Source: an uncultured Planctomycetia bacterium (lineage in GTDB: Bacteria > Omnitrophota > Gorgyraeia > JABMRG01). From it: 64,000 nucleotides of DNA. The stretch is taken from assembly GCA_964634945.1 (NCBI GenBank), contig CAZWMG010000001.1:116825-180824 (forward strand), read 5' to 3'. The notes beneath the pieces were generated by a model that was not told where the DNA came from, did not search any database, and saw only the letters and a list, made by a program, of their open reading frames with translations. Of this stretch, positions 18,812 to 29,029 are shown piece after piece. The position numbers and the translations under genes are program-made. Position 1 is the first letter of the stretch; every line of letters starts with the position of its first letter.

Positions 18812-20176
18812 TTAGAAGTCGATTGTTGTAGCTGCTACTATCTGCGCTGCTGTCTTATCCTGTGAATTATCACCCTTTGAGTAGAAATCACCTGGCCAGA
18901 ATACTCCACCACACACTGTGAATGCTACATCTTCAGTATAGTCATATGCTAACTTAGCATCAAGTTCCATACCGATTGCATCGTCACCACCTGCAACAGG
19001 TGTTTCATCAAACCAGAAATAAGTATATCTTAGATTAACGTTTATATCAGTCATAGGATCTGCTGATACAAAACCAGCTAATGAGCTCTGGTTAGTTAAG
19101 CCATTATTATTTCCATTGGCGTTTGTACCATTTGCTATATCATAAGCGGTAACCTTTGATATGTTCCTAAAATCGCCTAGGTAATTATCAAACTTGCCGC
19201 GATATATAGGGTCCCATGCTTCCCACTTACCGTCACCTGTTGCATCTGCGTTGTTACCGGAAAGATAGAGAAACTCTCCACCAAGTACTGGTGTCCACTT
19301 AACATCAGCGAATGTATAATCACCACCAATGTTTAATGCATATGCTTCACGATCTTTACCTGCTGCAGGCTCGTTTCTGTAGTCACCAAACTGAACAGCG
19401 CCTTCAGCAAATAGGTTCATGGACTCAAAAGGAACTAAGCTTCCTCTTAAACCAATAGTGTGAACCTCATCAACAGATTTTGGACCTGTTCCTGCTGCAG
19501 TAGCAACTCTATCATGCTTAAAGATATAGTAAGCTTCTGCTTCAGCATCATACTTTGTGAAATCATAACCAACATTTGCTACATATAGATCTGTATCATC
19601 ATTGTTGTTAGTAGCATTAGCATTATTATCAGAATCTATCTTTGAATAGATCAAATCGATGGTCCATGGATCATAATCAAGAGTAGCTCTGATAGCATCA
19701 AATGCTGTCATGTCACTCATTTCTCTTACTGTCACTGGTAGACCGCCTTCATCCCATATTCTGATACCGGCATTACCAATAACCAAACCCTTACCAAGCC
19801 ACATGTTCTGGCGACCGATTTGCAGTGTTAAAGGAGCATATAACATCTCCTTCAATGTTACATAAGCCTCATCAAGCTTGATATCAAACTGGGCGCTTGC
19901 ACCACCATTACTATTTTCAGCATTCCAATCTCTCTCATTGATAAGACGGATGTATGTTGATACGTTGTCTGTTAGATCTGCTTCTACGTTCAAACCAACC
20001 TGATTGATAAAGAAATTCTGGTTATCGCTATCACTGTTTTCATAATCTATATCATTTTGATATATATATGCAACTTTGATATCACCAGAAACCTTTATGT
20101 TCTGTGTTTCAGCGAAGGCTGGAACTGCAAAAGCAACTAACAGCGCTGCTACGCATATTCCTGTTAAAAATCTCAT
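18812..20176 (-). CDS. outer-membrane beta-barrel (porin-like) protein
   Basis: Signal peptide (AFAVPAFAETQ), alternating amphipathic beta pattern, rich in Y/G/N/D, C-terminal ...TTIDF ending in Phe (OMP sorting signal). Confidence 0.5.
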   Translation of the reverse strand: MRFLTGICVAALLVAFAVPAFAETQNIKVSGDIKVAYIYQNDIDYENSDSDNQNFFINQVGLNVEADLTDNVSTYIRLINERDWNAENSNGGASAQFDIKLDEAYVTLKEMLYAPLTLQIGRQNMWLGKGLVIGNAGIRIWDEGGLPVTVREMSDMTAFDAIRATLDYDPWTIDLIYSKIDSDNNANATNNNDDTDLYVANVGYDFTKYDAEAEAYYIFKHDRVATAAGTGPKSVDEVHTIGLRGSLVPFESMNLFAEGAVQFGDYRNEPAAGKDREAYALNIGGDYTFADVKWTPVLGGEFLYLSGNNADATGDGKWEAWDPIYRGKFDNYLGDFRNISKVTAYDIANGTNANGNNNGLTNQSSLAGFVSADPMTDINVNLRYTYFWFDETPVAGGDDAIGMELDAKLAYDYTEDVAFTVCGGVFWPGDFYSKGDNSQDKTAAQIVAATTIDF

Positions 20177-20411
20177 TATTTATTCTCCTTTTAATACGTT
20201 TAATCTAATTTAATAGTGATGTGCACTCTCACACAACACCTCTTGCTTTCTATGTTACTCACCATATCTTGATAATTCGTGGCTCTATTTTTTTCACCTC
20301 CTAGCTTTGCCTTATTTGAATCATCTATGGTGTTTAAATACATATTATATGGTTAAATAATATCAAATTAACAGTGCCGTGTCAATCAAAATGTAGAAAA
20401 ATCGACTTTTT

Positions 20412-20921
20412 TTAATCTTCTTTCTGTATTGACTTATAAGTTGTTGCCCTGCCTGACTTTGGGGCAACAGTTATTGTCACGAAAGTGCTCATCCCTTGGG
20501 GTTCAATCACTATAATACAATTCTGGTCTTCTCTTTCAAAATTTAATATCCTTCTGCCATATTCTAGCATATTTGTAAAGCGCCAATTATATAACGGCAT
20601 CTGGTTCTTGAAAAAGTTGACAACCTGATCTCCGCTTGACCTTCCTTTGTATTTTAATATGCCTACACGCAAAACATCATTTTCAAATGTAAATGACTGC
20701 GCTGTGATCATCTTAAATCCTGATGGCACCGGTACGTCAACGAATTTTAACGCTGTTGAAACATCCAATGCTTTTTGAGTCTTAATATCATCATCTGTAA
20801 CAGTGCCGGATGTCGCACAACCAGCTAATAATAATGAACTAATTAATATAGTAAACAATTTTCTAAAAAACATATTTACCTCCTTTTTATATATAATAGT
20901 AAAGAACAGCACAGACGTCAA
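20412..20921 (-). CDS. lipoprotein, hypothetical
   Basis: Lipobox LLAGCATSG. Confidence 0.4.
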   Translation of the reverse strand: MTSVLFFTIIYKKEVNMFFRKLFTILISSLLLAGCATSGTVTDDDIKTQKALDVSTALKFVDVPVPSGFKMITAQSFTFENDVLRVGILKYKGRSSGDQVVNFFKNQMPLYNWRFTNMLEYGRRILNFEREDQNCIIVIEPQGMSTFVTITVAPKSGRATTYKSIQKED

Positions 20922-20935
20922 GATAATACCGCAGC

Positions 20936-21604
20936 TTAACGCACTTTTTGAATAAGTGCTTTTGAGTTTCTATATGCCTGAGCTACGTCAGCACTGGAAA
21001 GGCCTGCTGATACAGCTACCTTTCTAAATATCTCATCCGATGGGATATTTTCCGGTGAATGCGAATCAGAATCTATTGTGATCATCGCTGAATATTCTTT
21101 TGCCATATTAGCAACGTGCGCGTTTGTTGTTGAATGACCCTTTCGCGTTGTAATCTCAATACAGATATTATTTTTTACCGCCAGAAGAACATCATCTTTT
21201 GTAATCGTTCCGGGATGCGCTAAGATGTCAACGCCTGCTTGTATCGCGGCTCTATTTGTGCCTTCTATGACCGGCTCTACAGGTGACTCACCATGAGCCA
21301 CTATAATCCCGGCGCCTTTTTTACGCGCATGCTTTACGAGAGGTGAAAACTGTTGTAGCGGAATATGTGTAAGCTCGACACCCGGAATAGTTTTAATCTT
21401 CCAGTATTTGTTGAGCTCTTTGGAAACCTTAATCAGAGATTCTATAATAAAATCGATATTAGATGAATCCGCATGATCAGTTATCGCGACCGCATCAAAA
21501 CCGGCAACCTCGTATCTTCTGACAAGCTCACTTGGTAAAAGGCATCCGTCACTTAACAAGCTGTGTGTGTGCAGGTCTATTAGCGGATTATCTGTTTTCA
21601 TCAT
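20936..21604 (-). CDS. PHP domain phosphoesterase
   Basis: IDLHTHSLLSDG...AITDHAD...H-rich PHP motifs. Confidence 0.6.
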   Translation of the reverse strand: MMKTDNPLIDLHTHSLLSDGCLLPSELVRRYEVAGFDAVAITDHADSSNIDFIIESLIKVSKELNKYWKIKTIPGVELTHIPLQQFSPLVKHARKKGAGIIVAHGESPVEPVIEGTNRAAIQAGVDILAHPGTITKDDVLLAVKNNICIEITTRKGHSTTNAHVANMAKEYSAMITIDSDSHSPENIPSDEIFRKVAVSAGLSSADVAQAYRNSKALIQKVR

Positions 21605-22364
21605 CTTTCCGATCTTTTAGCTCAACGAGTTTAGCATATGATAGTATCTGGTAGAATCCGCCTAAGCCTGCCATCATAAAACCTAAGAAACCGTCACGGA
21701 AGCCCTGTTTCAATATAAAAGCCTTCAGGAACCTATCTATAGTTTTTCTTATGGCGCGAGAGAGAGACATCTTTCTATTATCGCGAAGCCATTTTCGAGA
21801 TTCAAAATTCGTCTGGTGGTTCACCTTGCTGACCATATCCGCTAAATCCTTATAAGCAAGGTGGATTATTTCCGCACTTAATGTTATCCGGTCTCCCTCC
21901 ATTATCGCGGGAGGGTGATACTCCTCTTCCGCGTATCTAAACTCGCTCTTCTTAAAAAGTTTAAGCTTAGCATTAGGGTACCATCCGCCATGCTGAATCC
22001 AACGTGTACCGATATAATTTCGATGAGGGATGTTGTACCCATTGTGCGTAAAGCCGTTTTTAACTAGCGCTATGATCTCATCCCTTAATTCCGGGGTGAC
22101 TCTTTCATCGCTATCTAAACTTAATATATATTCATTCTTCGCTTTTGAATACGCAAAATTTCGCTGGATCCCCTCATTCTCCCATTTTCGCTGATGGATA
22201 TTACCAGTGTAACCACGCACAACTTCTAGAGTGTTATCTTTGCTGAAATCATCTACTATAACGATATCATCACACCACTTAACGCTCTCTAGGCAATCTA
22301 TGATCTTATCAGCTGAGTTTTTTGTCATCGTAACAACTGATAAAGGGTATCTTTTTTCTTCCAT
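21588..22364 (-). CDS. family 2 glycosyltransferase
   Basis: LSVVTMTKN..DDIVIVDDFSKDNT..SLDSDE. Overlaps the PHP gene by 17 nt. Confidence 0.6.
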   Translation of the reverse strand: MEEKRYPLSVVTMTKNSADKIIDCLESVKWCDDIVIVDDFSKDNTLEVVRGYTGNIHQRKWENEGIQRNFAYSKAKNEYILSLDSDERVTPELRDEIIALVKNGFTHNGYNIPHRNYIGTRWIQHGGWYPNAKLKLFKKSEFRYAEEEYHPPAIMEGDRITLSAEIIHLAYKDLADMVSKVNHQTNFESRKWLRDNRKMSLSRAIRKTIDRFLKAFILKQGFRDGFLGFMMAGLGGFYQILSYAKLVELKDRKDDENR

Positions 22365-22421
22365 ATTATTTTAATAGTCCTTATTTTTTCTATTAACTCC
22401 CATGTACCCATGAGTGGTACA

Positions 22422-22497
22422 TGGTGCCCCTACCGCGACTCGAACACGGCCACATGGTTTAGGAAACCACTGCTCTATCCATCTGAGCTATAGGGGC
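22422..22497 (-). tRNA. tRNA-Arg (anticodon CCU)
   Basis: Manual fold: acceptor GCCCCUA/UAGGGGC, D-stem GCUC/GAGC, anticodon stem GUGGU/ACCAU with loop UUCCUAA, T-arm CCGUG-UUCGAGU-CGCGG, discriminator A, encoded CCA. Confidence 0.85.
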
Positions 22498-22663
22498 ACA
22501 CGATTTTAATAGGCAACTAATCCATAAAGCAAAATTATATTATAAAGAGCCTGAAGTCAGAAGGTTTCATCTAACAGTTGGAAGAATGATAAAAAAACAG
22601 AACGGAGAACTCTTATCTTAAGAATTCCTAAACATCCCTGCACAATTGATGTGAAACCTTATA

Positions 22664-23182
22664 TCAATATACAACTTGTGAAAATATCTTATAACCTTTT
22701 AACTTATCGCGGCCATTTAAAAACGCTAATTCTATCATCAGGGCAATTTCAATTATCTTACCCTTCTGCTGTTTAACCAGTTCACACATAGCCTCTGCGG
22801 TACCACCAGTCGCTAACAGGTCATCTACAATTAGGATTGACTCATTTTCGCGTATAGCATCTTCGTGCATATAAAGAGTGTCGCTTCCGTACTCTAACTC
22901 ATATGAAGCCTCTATAGTTTTGTATGGAAGTTTGCCCTTTTTTCTGACAGGGACAAACCCAGCGCCAAGCTTATAAGCAAGTACGCTACCAAGAATAAAA
23001 CCGCGCGCATCAGCCGCTACCACCTTATCTATCGGCATATTTTTATACCTGTCTACAAAGATATCAATAACCTTTTGAAATGCTTGCTTGTCACCTAATA
23101 GGGTAGTAATATCTTTAAAGACAATACCCTTTTTCGGAAAATCCTGAACATCCCTTATGTGATCTTTTAAATTTATACTCAT
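22664..23182 (-). CDS. apt: adenine phosphoribosyltransferase
   Basis: PRPP-binding motif ILIVDDLLATGGTA. 172 aa. Typical APRT N-terminal region. Confidence 0.85.
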   Translation of the reverse strand: MSINLKDHIRDVQDFPKKGIVFKDITTLLGDKQAFQKVIDIFVDRYKNMPIDKVVAADARGFILGSVLAYKLGAGFVPVRKKGKLPYKTIEASYELEYGSDTLYMHEDAIRENESILIVDDLLATGGTAEAMCELVKQQKGKIIEIALMIELAFLNGRDKLKGYKIFSQVVY

Positions 23183-24027
23183 AATATATCTCCTGCTTTT
23201 ATGCCTTCTTTTATGGACTGATCAACCACAAGCTTTTTTAGCTTATCTATGGCTCTTTTTTCTATCTGCCTAACGCGCTCCTTTGTTATTTTGAGCTTCT
23301 TTGCGATCTCCTGGAGAGTAAGGATTTTCTTCTTATCCAGCCCAAATCGGAACATAAGCACCTTCTTGTCTCTTGGATCCAGCTCATCCAATAGCTTCCT
23401 GATGCTCTCGTCTCTAAGAGCATCCGACATCCTCTCGTCAGGTAATTGCGCGGATTCGTCCTCGATCAATTCAAGAAATTTACCTCCCTGCTCCTCACCA
23501 ATAGGCGTCTCCATAGATGTTGGTTGCGACTGTGCCGCCTGCGCTATCTGACCAATCTTCCTTGCGGAAAGTTTCATCCTCTTGGCAATTTCACTGGTAG
23601 CGGGGTCTCTTTTATATTTATGCTTTAGCTCCTCAATAACCTTCTTATACCTAATAATCGTTTCTACCATGTATACAGGCACCCTGATAGTCTTTCCCTG
23701 ATTAGCGATAGCTCGCATAATATATTGACGTATCCACCATGCCGCATAGGTTGAAAATCTGTAGCCTCTATCGGGGTCATATTTTTTAACGGCTTTCATA
23801 AGGCCGATATTTCCCTCTTCGATTATATCAAGCATAGGAAGGCCGGTATAAGCATACCTCTTGGCTATGTTGACTACCAACCTAAGATTTGATTGGACCA
23901 TAATCTTGGACGCACGCGAGTCCTTCCTCTTTATCCGTCCAGCCAGTCTTATCTCTTCCTCATGGCTTAAAAGCGGAAAGGCCTCTATGTCCTTAAAATA
24001 GAGCATCAGAACATTCTTATTAAACAT
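23179..24027 (-). CDS. RNA polymerase sigma-70 family factor (RpoD/RpoS-like group, compact, no region 1.1)
   Basis: Region 2.x FSTYAAWWIRQYIMRAI. Region 3. Region 4.2 LQEIAKKLKITKERVRQIEKRAIDKLK. Confidence 0.8.
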   Translation of the reverse strand: MFNKNVLMLYFKDIEAFPLLSHEEEIRLAGRIKRKDSRASKIMVQSNLRLVVNIAKRYAYTGLPMLDIIEEGNIGLMKAVKKYDPDRGYRFSTYAAWWIRQYIMRAIANQGKTIRVPVYMVETIIRYKKVIEELKHKYKRDPATSEIAKRMKLSARKIGQIAQAAQSQPTSMETPIGEEQGGKFLELIEDESAQLPDERMSDALRDESIRKLLDELDPRDKKVLMFRFGLDKKKILTLQEIAKKLKITKERVRQIEKRAIDKLKKLVVDQSIKEGIKAGDIL

Positions 24028-24055
24028 AGCTACTGTCTACTCCTTTTTGTCTAAA

Positions 24056-24190
24056 GGGGACGGTCCTAAAGGGAGCGCCCCTGAAAATTATAAAAAAACA
24101 AAATTTATAAATTCCTGAAAGACATTTTATGAAAACACTAAAAATTAGGATAACTATGTACTCAGGGGTGCCCCCTTTAGGACCGTCCCC
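24056..24190. repeat. 29-bp GC-rich inverted repeat pair separated by a 77-nt AT-rich spacer
   Basis: Left arm 24056-24084 GGGGACGGTCCTAAAGGGAGCGCCCCTGA. The reverse complement of the right arm 24162-24190 is GGGGACGGTCCTAAAGGGGGCACCCCTGA (27/29 identical). Confidence 0.8.
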
Positions 24191-24199
24191 GTAATTATT

Positions 24200-26875
24200 T
24201 TATTTTTTAATTGACGCATGTGCTGCCGCGAGCCTAGCTATAGGGACCCTGAAGGGCGAACAACTTACATAATCAAGCCCTACCCTATGACAGAACTTTA
24301 CACTCTCAGGATCACCACCATGTTCTCCACATATACCTATCTTCAAATCAGGCTTTACGCTTCGCCCCTTTTCAACGCCCATCTTAATCAACTGGCCTAT
24401 GCCATCCTGATCAATAGTAGCAAACGGGTCATTCTCAAGAATGCCATCCTCTATATATGAAGGCAGAAATTTGCCTATGTCATCTCTCGAGAATCCAAAT
24501 CCAAGTTGCGTAAGATCGTTGGTGCCAAAACTAAAGAACTCCGCCTCTGAAGCTATCTTGTCTGCTGTAAGCGCGGCACGTGGAATCTCGATCATAGTGC
24601 CGATAAGATACTTCATGCGCACCTTGTATTTCTTAAGAACCTCTTCACAGACCTCAACAGCATGATTTTTAGTAAAGACAAGCTCATTTATATGGCCCAC
24701 TAAAGGTATCATTATCTCTGGTATTATCTTTTGACCTTTTTTGGCAAGTTCACAAGCCGCACTCATAATCGCTTTCACCTGCATCCTGTATATCTCAGGA
24801 TACGTAATGCCAAGCCTGCAGCCGCGATGTCCTAGCATGGGGTTTAATTCATGCAGATTTTGACAAAGGTCTGAAATCTTCTTTCTATCAACCTTCATCA
24901 TCTTTGCCATCTCCTGCTTTTCTTTATCGGTATGAGGTAAGAACTCATGTAAGGGCGGGTCAAGCAGCCTTATCGTGACCGGCTTACCTTTCATAACCTT
25001 AAATATGCCCTTGAAATCCTTCTTCTGGAGAGGAAGTAATTTAGCAAGTGCCTTTTCACGTGCAGCGGTGTTCTCGGCAAGTATCATTGTTCTTACAAGG
25101 GGTAAACGGTCTTTACCGAAAAACATATGCTCTGTTCGGCATAAACCTATACCCTCCGCGCCAAAGCCTATTGCCACATTCGCGTCATGAGGAGTATCAG
25201 CATTCGTTCTAACCTTAAGTTTTCTTACCTTATCAGCCCAACTCATCAAGGTTCTAAAGCTTCCTGTTACTTCAGGTTTAATAAGATCAACTTCTCCGAG
25301 GATTACTTCTCCGGTATTTCCATTTAAGGTAATAACATCACCTTCCTTTATCTTCTTGCCCTTGACAACGAAGTTTTTATCATTCGCGTTTACAGTTATT
25401 TCACTGCAGCCAACAACGCAACATTTTCCCATTCCACGTCCGACCACAGCTGCATGGGAAGTCATGCCACCAAATGCTGTTAGGATACCCTGAGCAGCTG
25501 CCATACCGCCAATATCCTCCGGCGATGTCTCCAGCCTTACGAGGATAACCTTCTCGCCCTTTGTAGCCATAACCTCAGCCTTATCCGCGGTAAAGACTAC
25601 TTTTCCTACGGCCGCGCCTGGTGAGGCAGGTAACCCTTTAGCAACTACAGATAACTTTGCTTTTGTATTTATCATAGGGTGTAGCAATTGATCGAGCTGA
25701 TGCGGCTCAACCCTTAAGATCGCTTCTTCTGCAGTAATAAGACCTTCGCCTGCCATATCTACCGCAATCTTAATAGCAGCATGCGCAGTACGTTTTCCTG
25801 TCCTGGTCTGAAGAAGGTAGAGTTTCTTATCCTGTATAGTAAACTCAAGATCCTGCATATCCCTGTAATGCTTCTCAAGTCTCTTATATATTGATACAAG
25901 TTCAAGGTATACTCTCGGCATATTATCTTTAAGATCACTGATAGGTAAAGGCGTCCTTATGCCCGCGACAACATCTTCACCCTGCGCGTTCATAAGGTAC
26001 TCACCATAAAATTTCTTTTCACCTGTACCTGGGTCTCTGGTAAAAGCAACTCCGGTTCCTGACTCTTCACCTAGATTGCCAAATACCATGGCTTGAATAT
26101 TCACAGCCGTACCCCAATCATGCGGGATGGAATTTAAGTTCCTATACTTTCTCGCACGCTCGTTATTCCATGAACTGAATACCGCGTCGATCGCCATCTT
26201 AAGCTGCTTCATGGGATCCTGAGGAAAAGAAAAGCCCTTCTTCTTCTTTATCAGCTTTTTATATTCTTCTACAATTGCTTTCAGGTCTTCCGCATCCAAT
26301 TCGGTATCAAGCTTTATCTTTTTTTTCTGTTTTTTCTGATTAAGTATGTGCTCAAAATCGGCATGCTCAACACCTAATACTACATCACCGAACATCTGGC
26401 AAAATCTGCGATACGCATCATAAGCAAAACGTTCATTGCCTGATTTTTCAGCGAGCCCCTTTACCGATACATCGTTTAGACCGAGGTTAAGCACTGTGTC
26501 CATCATGCCCGGCATAGAAACCCTTGCGCCGGAGCGAACAGAAACTAGCAGAGGATCCAAATTATCGCCCAGCTTCTTACCCATTACATCCTCAAGCTTC
26601 TTAAGATTGTTCTCGATCTGCTCCATCATGAACTGAGGGTACTTTTTTTTATTCTCATAAAACTTGATGCAGGCCTCTGTTGTTATAGTAAACCCGGCAG
26701 GTACAGGTATGCCTAGCTTTGCCATCTCCGCAAGATTAGAACCCTTTCCACCAAGAAGATTTTTCATTTTTGTATTTCCTTCGCTCTTACCACCTCCGAA
26801 GAAATATACATATTTAAATTTATTTTTTTTAACTGTTTTACCCTTTGACTTCTTCTTCGCCGCTGCTGCTACCAT
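24200..26875 (-). CDS. ppdK: pyruvate, phosphate dikinase
   Basis: 891 aa. PEP-utilising motif GGMTSHAAVVGRGMGKCCVVGC. N-terminal ATP-grasp and C-terminal PEP/pyruvate TIM domain. Confidence 0.9.
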   Translation of the reverse strand: MVAAAAKKKSKGKTVKKNKFKYVYFFGGGKSEGNTKMKNLLGGKGSNLAEMAKLGIPVPAGFTITTEACIKFYENKKKYPQFMMEQIENNLKKLEDVMGKKLGDNLDPLLVSVRSGARVSMPGMMDTVLNLGLNDVSVKGLAEKSGNERFAYDAYRRFCQMFGDVVLGVEHADFEHILNQKKQKKKIKLDTELDAEDLKAIVEEYKKLIKKKKGFSFPQDPMKQLKMAIDAVFSSWNNERARKYRNLNSIPHDWGTAVNIQAMVFGNLGEESGTGVAFTRDPGTGEKKFYGEYLMNAQGEDVVAGIRTPLPISDLKDNMPRVYLELVSIYKRLEKHYRDMQDLEFTIQDKKLYLLQTRTGKRTAHAAIKIAVDMAGEGLITAEEAILRVEPHQLDQLLHPMINTKAKLSVVAKGLPASPGAAVGKVVFTADKAEVMATKGEKVILVRLETSPEDIGGMAAAQGILTAFGGMTSHAAVVGRGMGKCCVVGCSEITVNANDKNFVVKGKKIKEGDVITLNGNTGEVILGEVDLIKPEVTGSFRTLMSWADKVRKLKVRTNADTPHDANVAIGFGAEGIGLCRTEHMFFGKDRLPLVRTMILAENTAAREKALAKLLPLQKKDFKGIFKVMKGKPVTIRLLDPPLHEFLPHTDKEKQEMAKMMKVDRKKISDLCQNLHELNPMLGHRGCRLGITYPEIYRMQVKAIMSAACELAKKGQKIIPEIMIPLVGHINELVFTKNHAVEVCEEVLKKYKVRMKYLIGTMIEIPRAALTADKIASEAEFFSFGTNDLTQLGFGFSRDDIGKFLPSYIEDGILENDPFATIDQDGIGQLIKMGVEKGRSVKPDLKIGICGEHGGDPESVKFCHRVGLDYVSCSPFRVPIARLAAAHASIKK

Positions 26876-26892
26876 ATTGCTACTCCTCCTTT

Positions 26893-28968
26893 TTAAGTTT
26901 TGCCCTTGAATACAATTTTTGATAAATCTGCTATATTATCTATATAAAGCCTGTTTATACATGAAAGCAGGCCTAAGCGATTAATCCTCAAATCCTTCTT
27001 ATCAACATTAACCATCACCTTATCAAAGAAATCATGCAACACTTCTGAAAGCGATTCACTAAAAAGTTTAGTCGCCTCAATATATTTCTTGTCCGCACAA
27101 AACTGTTTAAAAACCGGCTCCATCTCTTTAAGCGCCTTGTAGAGCGCTTTTTCTTCCGGCTCCTGTAGTAATACCGGCTCAAGAGTGTAGCTATTATCCT
27201 TCGACGCTTTTACTATATTATATGTTCTTTCAACTATAGAGCAAGACTGTTCAAAATTACATTCATCAATTATACTATTTAATGCCTCCAATTTCAAGAA
27301 CGAATTGCAGATATCATCAACACTCAAATCGGTCACGGCCTCTATGATATCATGGCGATAACCAAACCGTATCTTGCAAAAATATACAAATCTATCTTTA
27401 AAGAAATCAAGAAAGATATCTTTAAGCTTATTGCCATCAAAATCACCTGGGCAGATTGGGTAAGCATAATCAAATAGATCCGATAGCGATACCTTGAGTT
27501 TTTTATTCTGTAGTATTGATATGACCGCGATAGCCTGACGCCTGAGCGCGTATACATCACGCCCACCCTTTGGGAATTTACCTATTTTGAAATAACATAT
27601 GATATTATCTATCTTATCAGCTAATGATGTCAGAACTCCGATGCTGGTAACCGGCAGTACATCATCCGCAAATCTTGGGAGATAGTGCTCACCAATGGCA
27701 TCCGCTACTTGCGTAGGTTCCTTGGAGTCAAGCGCGTAATATCGACCTATAACGCCCTGCAAACTTGGAAACTCGCCTACCATTTGCGTTAAAAGATCCG
27801 CCTTACAGAGAGATATTACGCGCAAGAGATCTCTCTTGTCGCAATCGTCAAACCTGCTTGCTTTTAACAAAAACTGCGCTATTTTCTTCAGACGATCAAC
27901 TTTTTCAGCTACAGTACCCAGCTTCTTGTGAAAGACTAAGCCATCTAAACCTTCGGCCCAAAGTTGCAACGGCTTTTTTGTATCTGCTTTATAAAAGAAA
28001 AGTGCGTCTTTAAGCCGCGCGTCGAGTACATTTTCGAAATTTTTTATAATCTGTCTTCGATTTCCATAATTTCCGTTTATCACACCAACGAATCTATTTG
28101 TAAGGCCTTTTGACTTATCCTCCAGGCAAAATACCCTTTGATGCTTAGACATGCTTGCCAAAAGAACTTCGCTTGGTATCGTCAGATACTCCTCCTTAAA
28201 AACGCCCTCTATAAAAACCGGGAACTCTACAAGGTTATTTACCTCGTTTAAAAGATACTTGTTCTCGCGCCATCTCCTCTTCTCAAGGTATGACAATATC
28301 TTTACCTTGCGAGCTTCATTATTCCATGCCACGTAATTCTTATCGAGTAATTTAAAATAATTTTCAGGGCTTTTAACCTTAATTTTTTTATACCCTAAAA
28401 ATCTATGCCCGTATGTAATGGGCGATGATCGCAAACCAGCAAATTCAAAATCCACAACCTTTTCGCCAAAGATAGCCATAATCCACCTTATTGGACGAGC
28501 GAATACAAAACCAGACTCATCCCAACGCATAGTCTTTGGAAAATCTATTATACTGATAACCTCCGGCAATACCTTAGATAATATCTCAACGTTTGACACA
28601 TCCTTCTTGTGCAGCATGACCCTTGCTTCCTGCCCGCTTTCATCAACAGAGATGTCCTTTGCTGTCGCTTTATTCTTATTTAAAAAAGCTGAGAGCGCCT
28701 TAGTCGGTCTCTTGTCACCATCATATGCTATTCTTGAAGGTGGCCCCAATATAGAAACATCCTGAGTAACAGGTATGTCTTTAATGTGAAGTATGAGCCT
28801 GCGTGGAGTGCTATAGGAGAAGACTTGATGCAGGCCTATGTTTTGGGCTTCAAACAAGCCCCGTATGGCTCCCTTGTCTCTACAGGATAGAAGCTCCAGT
28901 ACATGGCTAAAATAGCCTGAGGGTATCTCCTCAGTGCCAATTTCCATCAACAAGTCTTGTGTACTCAT
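26893..28968 (-). CDS. glyS: glycine--tRNA ligase beta subunit
   Basis: N-terminus LLMEIGTEEIPSGYF characteristic of GlyS. About 690 aa. Directly downstream of glyQ. Confidence 0.85.
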   Translation of the reverse strand: MSTQDLLMEIGTEEIPSGYFSHVLELLSCRDKGAIRGLFEAQNIGLHQVFSYSTPRRLILHIKDIPVTQDVSILGPPSRIAYDGDKRPTKALSAFLNKNKATAKDISVDESGQEARVMLHKKDVSNVEILSKVLPEVISIIDFPKTMRWDESGFVFARPIRWIMAIFGEKVVDFEFAGLRSSPITYGHRFLGYKKIKVKSPENYFKLLDKNYVAWNNEARKVKILSYLEKRRWRENKYLLNEVNNLVEFPVFIEGVFKEEYLTIPSEVLLASMSKHQRVFCLEDKSKGLTNRFVGVINGNYGNRRQIIKNFENVLDARLKDALFFYKADTKKPLQLWAEGLDGLVFHKKLGTVAEKVDRLKKIAQFLLKASRFDDCDKRDLLRVISLCKADLLTQMVGEFPSLQGVIGRYYALDSKEPTQVADAIGEHYLPRFADDVLPVTSIGVLTSLADKIDNIICYFKIGKFPKGGRDVYALRRQAIAVISILQNKKLKVSLSDLFDYAYPICPGDFDGNKLKDIFLDFFKDRFVYFCKIRFGYRHDIIEAVTDLSVDDICNSFLKLEALNSIIDECNFEQSCSIVERTYNIVKASKDNSYTLEPVLLQEPEEKALYKALKEMEPVFKQFCADKKYIEATKLFSESLSEVLHDFFDKVMVNVDKKDLRINRLGLLSCINRLYIDNIADLSKIVFKGKT

Positions 28969-29029
28969 ATTTTCGGTTCTCGGTTATATATTATAAACGC
29001 TAGCTTTTTTAATCTTTAAATACTTAACA

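Noticed and set aside
23179-24027. Short (282 aa) sigma factor as an alternative sigma (RpoS/FliA) and not the housekeeping sigma
   Set aside because: Cannot be decided from sequence alone. Region 2.4/4.2 residues look group 1/2-like, so I left the call generic (sigma-70 family).
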